Position numbers and translations under genes: made by a program. From Octopus vulgaris (taxonomy: Eukaryota): 64,000 nucleotides of DNA. The stretch covers positions 171,368,001 to 171,432,000 of the forward strand of contig OX597815.1 in assembly GCA_951406725.2 (NCBI GenBank), in the 5' to 3' direction. Below, piece after piece: positions 50,430-63,974 of the stretch (positions are counted from its first letter, which is position 1; every line of letters begins with the position of its first letter). Under the pieces are notes generated by a model. The model searched no databases. It had not been told where the DNA came from and saw only the letters and a program-made list of their open reading frames with translations.

Positions 50430-51462
50430 CTGTAAGACTGGGGGGGGGGGGTCGTACAGTGCCAGATAAAAGCATTCTATCAACGACTTCGGAATATAAC
50501 AATATCGGTCAGATTGACAACCGTCGTCAAAAGATATGTAAAAGTGGCAAAAGACCACTTTACAACAGTGGCGACGGGGGAAGACAAATTTATGCGGAGG
50601 GAAAAAAAAATAAACAAAAATCTTGTGTAAACTTACGAAATTCATAAAATATGGAAGGCTTTGTTAGCTGGGATAGTTGATTTGCACAAACAGCAACAAT
50701 TCAAAGAACAGCAAATGTTGCAATTAATGAGGTTGATAACCAAACCGGAGAATATATTTTCTCCTAAACATGTAGCAAATTCCATAAGCGAATTAAAATA
50801 GGACCCCGAAGGAGTAACAAATATTCGAAAAAGAATATAAAGATTGGAAGGAGGAAAGGAAAACTCGTCTAGTTTTAAGAAAACTTGCAGCAGCAGAGCA
50901 TGAGAAGTATAGTTACTTCATATCGTCAAAAAATGTCCGACATAAATTTCACCGACACAGTTGACATTTTATGCAAAATGTTTAGTGAAAAGTGCTCACT
51001 CTTTATTACTAGGTGGAAAGATGAAAATGTTTAAACATAGAAAAAAGGGAAGATGAAGACTTCACTACTTACACAGGTTGAGTCAACAAAGAATGTAAGA
51101 AATTTAGGCTAGATATGCTTACACCAGATATTTTCAAATGTTTGAGTTTTGCACGATGATTGATAGATAGAAGGGATGCAGAAATCCAAACGAAAATTCT
51201 ATCAAAACTGGAAATGAACCAGGATTTGACAGTGCAGAAACTGCTGGAAAAGTGTGACAGGCTATTAAATTTAAGGTATGACACGGAAGAAATTCAACAG
51301 AAAGAGTGTTTCCACATAAGACCAATGCAAAAAGTCTGAAAACACATAAAGCGTTGCATGAAAAACAGAAAAAATATCGGGATATAGAGCCATGCATAGC
51401 ATGCGGTGGGATGCACCTGAAAAAAGATTGTCCGTATAAAAAAGCAAAGTGTTATCGCTGTG
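50430..51462 (+). mobile_element. Gypsy (Mag-like) LTR retrotransposon remnant: LTR end, PBS and decayed gag
   Basis: ...ACAACA g TGGCGACG (PBS at 50569); gag zinc knuckle PCIACGGMHLKKDCPYKKAKCYRC at about 51390-51462; many stops. Confidence 0.7.
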
Positions 51463-51815
51463 CCTACAACAAACAGTGGTGACCAATGGAGCCACCTCGA
51501 AGGAAACACGAATAGTGAGTGGTGTTCCACAGGGCACTGTCTTGGGACCACTGCTTTTCATAGTAGCCCTTTCAGATATGTCCTCAGCTGCCCGGATATC
51601 CACTCTTGCTAGCTGCGCAGGCAATGTGAATGTCTAGCAGAAAATACAAAACCCTAGCAATGTTGCATGCCTGCAGCAGGAGGTAGACTCAATTTACAGA
51701 TGGGCTGAGGACAATAATATGCAGTTTAATGCTGGAAAATTCCAAGCCCAGCACGCAAAACCGAACGAAAAACTTACAGGATACACTCGCCCAGGAGCGA
51801 TTACAATCCCAGAAT
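51463..51815 (+). mobile_element. CR1-group LINE RT fragment
   Basis: QQTVVTNG...[17 protein letters not shown]...WAEDNNMQFNAGKFQ. Confidence 0.8.
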
Positions 51816-52059
51816 CTATGTTATGAGAATTTATAGAAAAGTATCCCTTAGAAACTCAACAAATATGTTTAAAATGAAGAAGAGAAAATGTTATGGGATA
51901 TACATGCAATAATTTCATATATACATAAATCTTAGGCCAGTTAGCTAACAGTTAAATATGAAGAATCAACGGTAGAAATCTTTTTGAAAACCACTCCAAT
52001 TAAAGGACGAATCCACATTCAACCTTTTACACGTGTATATGTGTGCATATGTATATATG

Positions 52060-52130
<71 letters not shown>

Positions 52131-52187
52131 TTTTTTATTTTATAGAAGGAGCTTATACAGGACTAGAACTGTTTCATTCCGATGATG

Positions 52188-52220
<33 letters not shown>

Positions 52221-52997
52221 CTGTGTGTGTGTGCATATGTATATATAAGTGTTAGAATATCATAACACTTATAATATTCTAACCTATATATATATCCAAA
52301 CAAGCATGTCGTACTGAGCACCAGTAAGCCGGTTATGAATCATTTTTATCTTTAAATCAAACTGATCGTTTCTACAATAGTAACTTTTGGCAGTTGTAGA
52401 GTACATCCTGTTAAGCAGTAGATATTGTGAACCGGTGTTTAGTACTGGTTATACTTATGATTGCAAAAATCTGCTCTGGGTTATCAAACTTCAAGTGCTG
52501 TGTATGTTATCAGATTTCGTTTTAGTCTATCAGTTAAGCGTCATTCGGTTACGAATGTTTTATAACCACAAATGATTAGAAAAACGTTCATTTACTCATG
52601 TAAAATTGTGTTTTCCCAAATGTTTTAATCATTTTTATTTCCTTCAAATTGTTTCAGCCTTAAAGCTGTGGTCATGCTGAGACACCGTTTAAAATTTCCT
52701 ATTTATCATGAACAATATTTTGAATTTTGTTCAGACACAATTTCATAGTATGCAAATTAGTAACCTCCAGGACTCTAAAGCTACCGGGTTTGTTGTGTAC
52801 ATAAACAGATTGGCTGCTTATTTCTTTGGGGTTGGTTAAATGATGCGAACAAATATGATGAGACCTTAATAAGGGTCGAAACGATTATGGCTGTTAATCA
52901 TGTTTTTTTTCAATCTACGGACAAACAGTTCAGTTTACTCTGTTTGTATATCTACTATGTAGGTTTCTATAGAATATTTGGATTTTTAATTACCCAC

Positions 52998-53138
52998 CTT
53001 GTTTCAAAGGAACATAATAACAATATTTAAATTTTAAACCAGATTTCCACTTGTAAACATGCGGATGTTCACCACCAAATGATGTCCTAATTCCTCGATG
53101 TCTTAAGTAATTAATTTCTTCGATGTAAGATGCCATGT
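52998..53138 (-). CDS. Same gene, ApeC-like domain exon 3
   Basis: cttttag|AC...CAA G|gtgggt, 141 nt; DMASYIEEINYLRHRGIRTSFGGEHPHVYKWKSGLKFKYCYYVPLKQ ends in the ApeC G.HP...YCYY motif; not in the ORF track. Confidence 0.8.
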
Positions 53139-53372
53139 CTAAAAGAAATTAGATTAGATTTTACAAATCAATGTACAAGGAAGATAATATAATTGCTATA
53201 AAATCTTTTAGATGTTATTTTATTTTATTTTTACAGATGAATCAATGAAGAATGATTGGTAATTGCGTTAGAATTCCGTCAACAGAATGTAATGCAGGAA
53301 GATAATACGAATACGAAAGTAAACATAAAGTTGGAATCGAACGCAAAGTATTTTTAACTCATCGGCGCAATA

Positions 53373-53771
53373 TCTTTATATATAAAAGTCAAGTTGTGTG
53401 TCTGTCTCCTACGATTTAGATTCCTAACTACTCCCACATTTTGCGGTGCAGTTTAACCAAAACCGGGTATCTTATAGTCGTGATTCATAACGAGCCCTTC
53501 TCGGTATTAGCGCGCGTCTACGATGAGTCTACGATTTAAAAAAAATTTACCATCATTTTTTCTCCATTTTAATGCATTTTCTTCGCTATTATATAAGGGA
53601 AGTAACTCTCTAAAAATGTCTACGATGAGTCAACGATTTAAAAAAAATTTGCCATCATTTTATTTCCATTTCTAATGCATTTTTTTGCTATTTTTTTGGC
53701 TATAACTCTCTAAAAATGCTTATATAGTTATTTCCCTTACAAACCCGAGCAACGCCGGGCGATACTGCTAG
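53373..53771 (+). mobile_element. Non-autonomous Helitron
   Basis: A|TC 5' end, subterminal hairpin CCCGAGCAACGCCGGG, CTAG|T 3' end, no TSD. Confidence 0.88.
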
Positions 53772-54454
53772 TCATCTATATATAATAAATCTTCTGACAT
53801 CTTTAGCACGTACATCTCCTCATTCTGTTGAGTTTGATGAACTATTGTTATAATATCAAAGAAAAAATTCTATAATCGAATCTCAGTAATATCAAAAATA
53901 ATTTCAAATCAAAAATGCATACGTATATACGAAAGCACAAGAAATTCAGAAACATGGAAGTTATTATTATAAAAAGCTTTTGATGTAAGTTATACCACAG
54001 CGTCAATATCTATAAAAGAGTGGGCGTTTTCAATTCATTTTCACAACTGTTTTATCTATCCGCTTAGAATATGCATCTGAGTATATTTACTGATTTACGA
54101 GAAGTACTATCTATACAAGTGATTCTATTGTCAGCGTTGTTGACGTTACTTAGTTGCTGAGAATAATATTGTAGTACTGCCATTCTCTTCAGTTCAGAAT
54201 TACTAAATTTATTCCGGGTTATAATTTCTGTTACTAGGCGGCGTTTTGGCAGAGTTGTTATAGCTTCGGGTAGAATGCTTGCGCGGTAGTTAAGCCAATT
54301 CTTTTAATTCAAATTCCACCGAGGAAAACTTTACTTTTCATTCTTACAAGGTAGGTTCAGGGTAATAGACTGGCAGAACTGTAAGAACGGCAGAATGGTT
54401 TCTTTGCAGTAGTTGTTCCGGCTCTTTGCCTTCCGAGTTCAAATACCACTATAG

Positions 54455-55050
54455 CTGTGGAAACTGTTAGTTTGTTATCACAAAAAGAGATAAATATCTC
54501 AGTATCAAGATATGAAGAAAGGATGGCTCACCGGAAATATGGAAATACATTTTAAATAGTAATCGATACATTTCGAAATAATTCTCATAATTCGTCAAAA
54601 TACATTTGTGTGAACCAATGTAAGTCAGTTTTTAAAAATACGATCTGATAATTTCCTCAATTTCAAACGTTGTCACAGCTTATGAAAGTGCTTAACGATT
54701 CATCGAAGAAAATTTATTTTATTTTATTTCATCCTCGTCGCCAATTTTCTGTGGAAACTGTTCCCTTGTTACCATAAAAAAGAGATAAATATTTCGGTAT
54801 CAAGATACGAAGAAAATATGACTGACCGAAAATTCGGACTTCATAAGACAAATTTAGCAGATGATGTCTTGTGAAAACTGTTAGTTTATTAACATAAAAT
54901 AGAGATAAATATTTCATTATCAAAGATACGCAGAAAAATGACTGAACAGAAATACAGACTTCAATGCAACAAAGAATATAGCAATATGACAGTCTTGTGA
55001 AAACCTCGTTTGTAATCACAAAGGAGATAAATACTTCGATATCAAGACAC
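54455..55050. repeat. Diverged ~120-bp repeat, 4 copies (about 54457, 54750, 54870, 54995)
   Basis: Recurrent gtg(g/a)aaactgtt...aaagagataaatat...tatcaagatac... Confidence 0.7.
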
Positions 55051-55239
55051 GGAAATACAGCATTCAATTGCAATAATCTTTTATCTGTTTGATTATATGT
55101 CCAAACGTTCGTTGAAGAAATTGTTATTCATCGGAAGTGAGTTCTTATTCTTCTTTTCGTTTTCTTCTTTTCGGCTGGTAGTTCTCGTCTGACTGACTCG
55201 TAATTTCTCCCTTTGCGTCTCTCTCTAACTTGTTAAATA

Positions 55240-55362
55240 CACGTCACGACACAAGTCACGACGACATGTTACAACGACACGTCACGACGACACGTCACGA
55301 CGACACGTCACGACGACACATCACGACGACACGTCACGACGACACGTTATGATACACGTCAC
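55240..55362. repeat. 13-bp minisatellite (CACGTCACGACGA)n, about 9 units
   Basis: Direct tandem units, degenerate at both ends. Confidence 0.85.
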
Positions 55363-56138
55363 AAAAATAGGCTATTTGTCTGGTAGACTTAATACGCCGT
55401 CCGGTTTAACATCACCACCTAAAATCTTGCGAGCCTTTAGTTGAGTTCACTCTACTGCAAGTGTTCGAGTCAGGACCCCTGTTTGAGGAGACATTAAACC
55501 GCCAGTCTCAGTGACCCTAGTAAGAGTTGTCAGTGCTGTCACATCTGACAAAAATTTAAAACTATCTATGCACATGGATTACTAATCAAAATAACCAGAA
55601 TAAATATTTCGTAGTTTTTTAATTAACAGAATATTACGAGAACTGTTGATAAAACTTTCGAAAAGTGTGCAATATCGATTTCTCATCACAAAACAACAAG
55701 CTGTTAAGGAAAGAAAGGGAAGCTGTAATGTTCTTACCTTTCCCGTGAGAATCACAAGAACTCGAAACTATGTTGAGGAAGCACTGAGAACTTATCACCG
55801 ATGTATGATAGCCACCATAAAACATCTTTGATTTCTAATGATATAGTTTAAATTGGATTATTTATTATTGTCTTCTTAATATCATTGTAGTTGATAGATT
55901 TATTAAGGAACTTTAGTGATTTCACTTACAAACATTTCACTCATTTATACTTGTCCCAGAAATGTCATTTTATTGACGCTGAGTTATTTCTTGTTTATTT
56001 ATTTTAATCTTTAGCATTTTTGAAGATATTCTTTTGAAGATATCGTCAAATTGCTTAATATCAAAGTAGATACCCAATAAACAATAGTAACTTCATTTTC
56101 TACTATTTACCAATATAAATAATAAAGAAAGACATTAC

Positions 56139-56312
56139 CTTTTACGACTTGACACACTTCATACAAGTTTGACATAAACAAGATAAACGGATGCGATATT
56201 GGTAGTTTTATCGGTTTTATTGCAGCACCATCTTTCCGGCAACAATATCTATACATTGTACTTCGATATTTCTTATTAGACTGGTATATTTTCACGTATC
56301 CCTCCTGAAATT
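56139..56312 (-). CDS. Same gene, ApeC-like domain exon 2
   Basis: ttcag|AA...AAA G|gtaatg, 174 nt; FQEGYVKIY...YCCRKDGAAIKPIKLPISHPFILF...CQVVK (F..G, YCCR.DG, I.LP...PF.L, CQ.V motifs). Confidence 0.85.
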
Positions 56313-57704
56313 CTGAATCCATTAAAACAATTATAATAGACAAGTATATATTTTGTGAAAGGAAATCAATTGAATTTATGGGTCATATGATTTCCTTACG
56401 GTTATATGTTCGAAATGGGAATAATTGATAAATTGCCTCTTTAAACGAAGAAATAAACTAGAAAGAGAATAAATCTTACAAGAGGGAAGAAACTCAGTAT
56501 TTCTGGATTACTGTTTTATATTTCCATAAAGTTTGAATAGAAAATTATCTCAATAAAACTCTATTATGTACTGACAAAGATAGTCATATATACATGTATG
56601 TATGTATGTATGTATGTATGTATGTATGTATGTATGTATGTATGTATGCATGCATGTATGTATGTATGTATGTATGTATGTATGTATGTATGTATGTATG
56701 TATGTATGTATGTAGAGTCCAAGGTCGACTTTGCCTTTTATCCCTTCAGAGTCGATAAAATAAGTACCAGTTGAGCGCTGAAATCGATATAGCAACTGAA
56801 TCTAGCTGACCTCATATTTTGCTGCCTCTAAAATGAGTACAATGTTTAATACCACCTTATATGAATAAATTATCTCTAAAAAGGTAAAAGAAAGAAAACA
56901 ATAGCCATAGCTGAAACAATTTTGATCGTATATTAATTTGATTGGGCTTGCGAGGGTCTAAACAACAGCAACAATTTTCTATTCTTTTCTATATCATAAA
57001 ACAGATTTCTTCTTTAGGTACAATGACATTTTTGTTGTTCAAATTGGTTTTAGCCGAGAATTAGCATTTATTTTAATTCGATCTACGTGATGAAATAAAG
57101 CTGGTTTGACGCTTTAATATTACTAAAGTCACATAGTTAAAGTCACTGTAGTTAATATTCGTTAACGTGATTCCGCCGAGGTCTACTTTGTCCTTCATCC
57201 TTTCGGAGTCGATAAAATAACTATCAACTGAACACTGGTATCGATGTAATCGAATTAGCCGCTTTCCCAAACTTGCTGGCCTTGTACCAAAATTTGAAAC
57301 CAATATTCGTTAATAGGAACAGTGGAGTAAAAGCCAAACTTCCTACTCGCTATGACTACAGCGATCCTAGTTGAGACCATGACTTCATTTTTGCGTCTGT
57401 TGCCCTTTAGAAGAATGTCAAGGACACTACAGTATCTAGTCCATTTCCTTTATATATTGTGACTTCGAGCAAATCAGCACAATTGACAGAGACAGACGTC
57501 AATTTCAATTTTGTTAGGAACGTGTTTACGTCGTTGCTATTGTTACTATTACCGTGTAGTTCCGTGTCAGCTCAAATCAAGCCAGCTTATAGACCGAAAT
57601 GTTTCAACCATGACATTGCCATCTAATTTTAGAACAGAGTATAGCTATAGCTATCTTACTTATTGTGCGATCTGGGTGGAATGAAACCGATATTTCTTGC
57701 AAAT

Positions 57705-57938
57705 AAGGCGGAGAGCTGGCAGAAACGTTAGCACGCCGGGCGAAATGCTTAGCGGTATTTCGTCTGCGTTACGTTGTGAGTTCAAATTCCGCCGAGGTCG
57801 ACTTTGCCTTTCATCCTTTCGGGGTCGATAAATTAAGTACCAGTTACGCACTGGGGTCGATGTAATCGACTTAATACCTATGTCTGTCCTTGTTTGTCCG
57901 CTCTGTGTTTAGCCCCTTGTGGGTAATAAAGAAATAGG
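57705..57938 (+). mobile_element. tRNA-derived SINE, full length
   Basis: Box A/B-like head (GGCGGAGAGCTGGCAGAA...GAGTTCAAATTCC), core GTCGACTTTGCCTTTCATCCTTTCGGGGTCGATAA; about 14-bp TSD tatttct(t/a)gcaaat. Many relatives, e.g. 9680-9910, 19265-19515, 32445-32632, 35760-35935, 37142-37575, 57170-57305. Confidence 0.9.
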
Positions 57939-58202
57939 TATTTCTAGCAAATCGAGCGACCACCTAAGATGCTCCCTGGTTAGCCTATAAAGTTTTTTGT
58001 CAATTTTAGTGGATATAGTTGATAGGTGCATATTTTATATCTTCTGTTAATCCTTGCACTCATTGTGCATGCAATAAAATTTGAACAAAGTTCAAAAATA
58101 ATTATACGAATGACTTATTGTAAAGCTTTTAATATGAAACAACTACTCAATTATCTATGACTTATGCTTAACATTAACCCTTACTTAATAATTAACACTT
58201 AC

Positions 58203-58463
58203 TGTTTGGACAAGGTCCATTCTTCATTAGACAATAGGATCCAGCTTCCCAGTGGTTATTGCCTTTAGATTCATTAAACAAACAGAACACTTCGCGGCTG
58301 TGACCCTCGAAAAAGAACTGAGATGAATGCGAAGCTTTTCCTTTCTCTACGAAGCCATTTATGTAATGCTTAGTATTTAATTTAACCCATTTCTTCCCCG
58401 GACATTTTGATCCGGCTCTGGGTAAAGCATAACTTCCAGCCGGCCAGTCGACCCAAGATTCAT
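58203..58463 (-). CDS. Same gene, ApeC (apextrin C-terminal)-like domain exon 1
   Basis: ctcag|AT...AAC A|gtaagt, 261 nt; DESWVDWPAGSYALPRAGSKCPG...FCLF...WEAGSYCLMKNGPCP, matching the WP.G.Y.LP....CP and WP.G.YC motifs of apextrin-C. Confidence 0.85.
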
Positions 58464-59598
58464 CTGAGTTCAAAAATTGCAAAGAAAATATTAGTATAGA
58501 ATTATTATAGAATGTTATGGCATTTTTAAACGTAAAACGTGTCTAATAACAAAAAAAAAATATCATTATCTTGAGCGATAAAATGAAGTACACAAAAGTA
58601 ATCATAGTCATTTGCACCTTTTGACCAACAACAGCTGCTGTCGTTGTTATTGTTGTTGTTTTTCTTCTTCTTCTTCTTCTTCTTCTTCTTCTTCTTCTTC
58701 TTCTTCTTCTTCTTCTTCTTCTTCTTCTTCTTCTTCTTCTTCTTCTTCTTCTTCTTCAGATTCAGATTCAGATTATTTCCATTTGAACTTACCTATAATT
58801 TATGTAGTAGAGGCGCGTAGCTTAGTGGTTAGGGTGTCAGCATCTTGATCGTAAGATTGTGGTTTCGATTCCTGGACCGGGCGACGCGTTGTGTTCTTGA
58901 GCAAAATACTTCATTTCACTCAGCTGGCAAAAATGAGTAACGCTGCGATGGACTGGCGTCCCGTCCAGCTGTGGAGCACATACGCCATAGAAACCCGGAA
59001 ACCGGGCCCATAAGCCTGGGTAGGCTTTAAAAAGGCGCATTTATTTTTATTTTATAATTTATGTAACGTTCCAGCTGTGACTATTCCATTTTCTTGTGCG
59101 ACTAGGAATACACTTTCCGATGTGCCATTGGTTTTTTAAGACGCTGATGTGATAGAGTTTCCTTCAAGAGATATCTAGCTATTTCCAGCAATCCAGGCAT
59201 CTGCATAGTGGGCTCTTCTGTTGCTTAGTTTGTTTCATAAACGTGATTAGTAAGGGTGTTTAATAATGTTAAAGAAAATGAAACTGAAATCATCTCATAC
59301 ACAACTTTAACATACAACGTGCGTTTAAGTTGCGTATGAACAGCACATGTTTGTGATATAATCTACATTGGTGTATGTTCAAAAGTAAGAGTAAGGAAGG
59401 TCATTAGTTATTGTCTCCAGGGAGATAGGTCAAAGAGTTATCCTTTTCCTCAGAGACATCTTAAAACAATAAAGTAAAACAATAAATAATATAATGAATA
59501 CATGTGTAAATGTGCGTATGTAACAGTTGCAGCATACCTCGCAATCACATATAATCTTTAATACGTTTCAGCCCAAAGACTGTGGCCATGTCGGAACA

Positions 59599-59665
<67 letters not shown>

Positions 59666-59849
59666 AGATAGATCGGTAGCCACTACACGCATTTTTCTCT
59701 CCTTGTTTCTTTTCTATGTTCCTTTCTGTAGAAGAGCGTAGGCTCGAAATGTAAAAGACTTTTTCAGTTCCCTAAGCGTTATACTAATACATCTGTTTGT
59801 TTTATACACCACCTGTCTTCGTCTTTTGTTTTTTCGTGAACTCTCCCCC

Positions 59850-59924
<75 letters not shown>

Positions 59925-60476
59925 AGAGAGAGAGAGAGAGAGAGATTGACATACTTGAAGTGCTTAGGAAATTCCTTGATACAGTTATAATATTTGGAGA
60001 GAAGATTTTTTTCTCAAAGAGTTAAGATTGAGAAAAGAACCGTTTTAGATAGTTGAAAGGCACTAATCCTTGAGAGGAGATTTCACAAAATGTGTGTGGT
60101 GTTTGCTTTTATAGATGTGCAAGCGCTTTCAGTTCTTAACGTTTTCAAGCACGTATATTACATATAGTGAAAGTCGTTTCCAGTAAAATTGTTGTTGACT
60201 ATTTCCAGTTTAGTTTCGGACTCAGAAATCTTATGAAATATTCTTCTTTTGCCTTCCGGAGAAGGTCGTTCTCTTCATATATATATACCGCCGTGTACAA
60301 AAGTATACCTCCACATACATAGTACCATCTAGGCTAAACACATGGTTTATTGCATTGTATATACTGTGTATACCGTGGTGAAAAATAAGTTTTATTAACA
60401 TTTTCAAATGAAACATAGTATTAACAAAGTGTTTTCTGACAACAGGAACATAATATTGAAATATATTTCAACAAAC

Positions 60477-60608
60477 CTGGTCTGTATATTTTAGTGCAGT
60501 AAGTAGCAGGGTCTAAGCCGGTGGGACAGAAGCACTTGCAAATACCACCGATCATCACAACAAACCCATCATTGCGACATTTATGTCTGAAATAACGACA
60601 CTGCTGTC
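60477..60608 (-). CDS. Same gene, EGF-like exon
   Basis: ttttacag|GA...CCA G|gtttgt, 132 nt, phase 1-1; QQCRYFRHKCRNDGFVVMIGGICKCFCPTGLDPATYCTKIYRP (C.N.G...C.C.CP.G....C), typical of the EGF after astacin domains. Confidence 0.85.
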
Positions 60609-61967
60609 CTGTAAAATACAATAGATTAGAAATATATATGTGCGTGTAAGAGTGTGTCTGTGTATGTATGTGTGAGGCTGTATGTTTGCGTGTGTGTGTG
60701 TGTGTAGTGTTTCTATTCGTTGTTTATGTTGAGTTTGTGCTCGTGTTTTTTATGCGTATGTGCATATACGTGTGCGTGTTTCATCATAAGGCAGATCAAT
60801 TATCGATAATTACCAATATGATTAATGTCTGACTTCGAACTGACAGAAAATTGAAACCATCTTGAGATAAGTTTCCTGTACTTTTCGAAATAATTTCAAA
60901 TCCCATCCAGAATAATTTGTCTTTTCTCATTCTAGGATCTATAACTACCAATCTATGGTAGTAGAATTCTTTAAAAGTTAGAATACGAGAAGAAATGCCT
61001 TGAGGTACCTGTTCCGGCCCATTGCAGTTTCAGATGAAACTCCACCATGCCTTACTTGGGTGATAGAGTTAATCTGGTCCCCGCTTTAACAATACCATCA
61101 AGCGCCTTGGATACCTTCAACAGAGTCCATTCTGTAGCAAACAATCGGATCAGGTCTCCTATTGGAAGATATCTTCCTCCATCCGACCCACAAATGTTGT
61201 AAACACTGTAAATAGTTTAATCGAATACTTTGATTTGTCCTTTATTTCTTCAACACCAGAGGAATGAAAGATAACGCCTTCAACGGTAAAATGTGAATTC
61301 AGTACATTAAGGGACGCATGAATTCACAAATCGAATATATCTTATCTCATTCAAAGCCTGTTTTAATCATAAGAACGATATGCTTTGTAATTTGATGACT
61401 CATCAGACAAAAAGTTGACAGTAACTTAAATCTGATCAGATTATTTAAGTCATGTACGTCACCTGATTTATGAGGTCCTGACCCGGATGCAGCTTACATT
61501 CAACGTTATAGAGATTTTCAAAAAGATATAGAGAGTGATCGATGGATTGATTCATTCACGCATTCAAAATTTTATACACTTGCAAACACGATGGCTGTCC
61601 ACTCGTCAGACGAACATGACCATCGCTGACATGTATCAGCAATGCCCATGCTAGGGCTTTCAGTCGAGTGCGGCTTGAACAACATCACAATGACTACGAC
61701 TAGCACAGAGAAGCACAGAGACAAGCAATGTGCAAGATATCCGGCTCAACAGAGCAGCGGGCTTTTATAGCCGAGTTGCCTTCTTATAGGGGAATGTCTT
61801 GAAAAAGACCAGAGGTTTCGCATTCCCAGTGGGTTTACTGCACCCTAGGACACCAAACCGAATGTTTCTACGTCCTGGTGCATATTTACAGTGACAGACA
61901 GACGAACAGATAGACAGACAAACGGACAGACGGACAGACAGACATATAGACAGACAGACAGACAAAC

Positions 61968-62001
<34 letters not shown>

Positions 62002-62007
62002 TCAGTC

Positions 62008-62145
<138 letters not shown>

Positions 62146-62216
62146 TTTAGTCTAGAATACCTTTCACTAATTTTCACAAACCCTCTAAGACCAGCAAAGC
62201 TGATGAGGCTATAGTC

Positions 62217-62449
62217 TTATTTCTTTACTGCTCACAAGGGGCAACATACAGAGGGGACAAGCAAGGACAGACAAACGGATTAAGGCGATTATATCGACCC
62301 CAGTGCGTAACTGGTACTTAATTTATCGACCCCGAAAGGATGAAAGGCAAAGTCGACCTCGGTGGAATTTGAACTCAGAACGTAACGGCAGACGAAATAC
62401 CTCTAAGCATTTCGCCCGGCGTGCTAACGTTTCTGCCAGCTCGCCGCCT
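62217..62449 (-). mobile_element. tRNA-derived SINE (same family)
   Basis: Full-length copy, close match to 33256-33487. Confidence 0.88.
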
Positions 62450-62632
62450 TTATATCTCTGATAGGTCAGTGTGTGCAACCGCAGCAACGTCCCCCATGCA
62501 GAAGCAGTACTACATAGAAACTGTCGTATAATGAGTTAGAAGTCGAGAAAAGAAAGCCATGTCTTATTATTCACGATGAAATACATAATACGTGATGAAA
62601 TACATGATGAAGTACATTATAATTATACCTAC

Positions 62633-62759
62633 TGCGACAGTTGTATAAGTTATTGATGTCTTGAGCATCGTAGTGGCTCAACGTTTTGTGGTAATCGATT
62701 AAATAGAGCTGATCGGGATCAAGAACTTGATAAATATATTTATTTTCCTGTGAAAATGC
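62633..62759 (-). CDS. Mosaic astacin-family (M12A) metalloprotease, exon encoding the C-terminal end of the astacin domain (first exon in window)
   Basis: ctcaccag|GCA...CGC A|gtaggt; AFSQENKYIYQVLDPDQLYLIDYHKTLSHYDAQDINNLYNCR matches the astacin post-Met-turn pattern AFS...LS..D...IN.LY.C; phase 0 to 1 joins in frame with the next exon. The HExxH exons are not in the window. Confidence 0.8.
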
Positions 62760-63004
62760 CTGGTGAGAAAAGTATCAAGATATAATAAATAGATATTTTA
62801 TATAAATATATATAATATATATATTGTATATACATTGTATGAGTATACATACACATACATACGCGCGGGCTCGTGTGGTAAGAATGATTTTATCTACCCA
62901 CATACATTAAGTATGTGATACTGGTAATGTTTATATATATATATTGTAGGAATTGAACATACAAGTAGATGTACGACTATTGCTGTTATGTTTTGAGATC
63001 CTAA

Positions 63005-63265
63005 TCTTTATATATAAAGCTGAAGTTGTCTGTGTGTGGCAGGATTGGTAGCCTTCAACTAACACTATCTCCTCCGAGACCCTGCGGCGCAAGTTGACCA
63101 AAATTGAGAGTATAATAGAAGAAGGCTTGCTCTTCATTCCGTAGAAGAAAAAATTCAAATCGGTTCATGTTAAGACCAAACATTATTTACATCAAAAAGG
63201 TGCTTTTTTTCTATGAAAATCCCTATAAGAAAACAAACCCGAGCAACGCCGGGCTATACTGCTAG
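63005..63265 (+). mobile_element. Non-autonomous Helitron (termini related to 53373-53771)
   Basis: A|TCTTTATATATAAA...CCCGAGCAACGCCGGG...CTAG|T; the empty site is visible in the opposite arm of the flanking inverted repeat. Confidence 0.9.
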
Positions 63266-63931
63266 TAGATTTCTATAATCCGGTTTCTGGATAGTTGTTA
63301 CTTCTGTACTGAGTAGTATTACCAGTTACGAGCTACAGAGTAAATACAGGAAAATAAGGATAAATCTAAGTATGTGTTAACTTAGATTTATCCTTATTTT
63401 CCTACATTTGGTCTGTAGCTCGTAACTGGTAATACTGCTCAGTATAGAAGTTAAGTAATAACTATCCAGAAAGCAAACCGGATTATGAAAATCTATTAGG
63501 AGCTCAAAACATAACAGCAATAGTCGCACATCTACTTGTACGTTCAATTTCTACATTAAATATAACATTACCAGTATCATATAATGCATGTGTGTTGCTA
63601 ATGGCTTTTAAACTGCGGTATTTCGTTCAGGAAAGGTCTCTTTAAAGACGTATTGTGTTAAAAAAAAGTAACACAGTATACTACAAACCTAGGCGAAACA
63701 TAATCGGCCCGGAAGTGTACAAAAAGGCATGTATCGATTTTTTTTGCGGATTTTCTATTCATCAGTATGGTATTCTCGCCTCACTTCCGAAACGAATCGA
63801 AATTGCTTTGCTAAACAAATACACAGATATCGTAAAATCTATCTGCTGCTGAGAAAAAGCTCCGCGCAATTAGAAGAAAATAAAAATTTTGTGTTAGAAT
63901 CGCTCAAAAATGACAGCATTATCAATATCAC

Positions 63932-63974
<43 letters not shown>

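Noticed and set aside
54455-55362. CRISPR-like array
   Set aside because: Eukaryotic context; the units are directly tandem or wholly homologous, with no unique spacers and no cas genes
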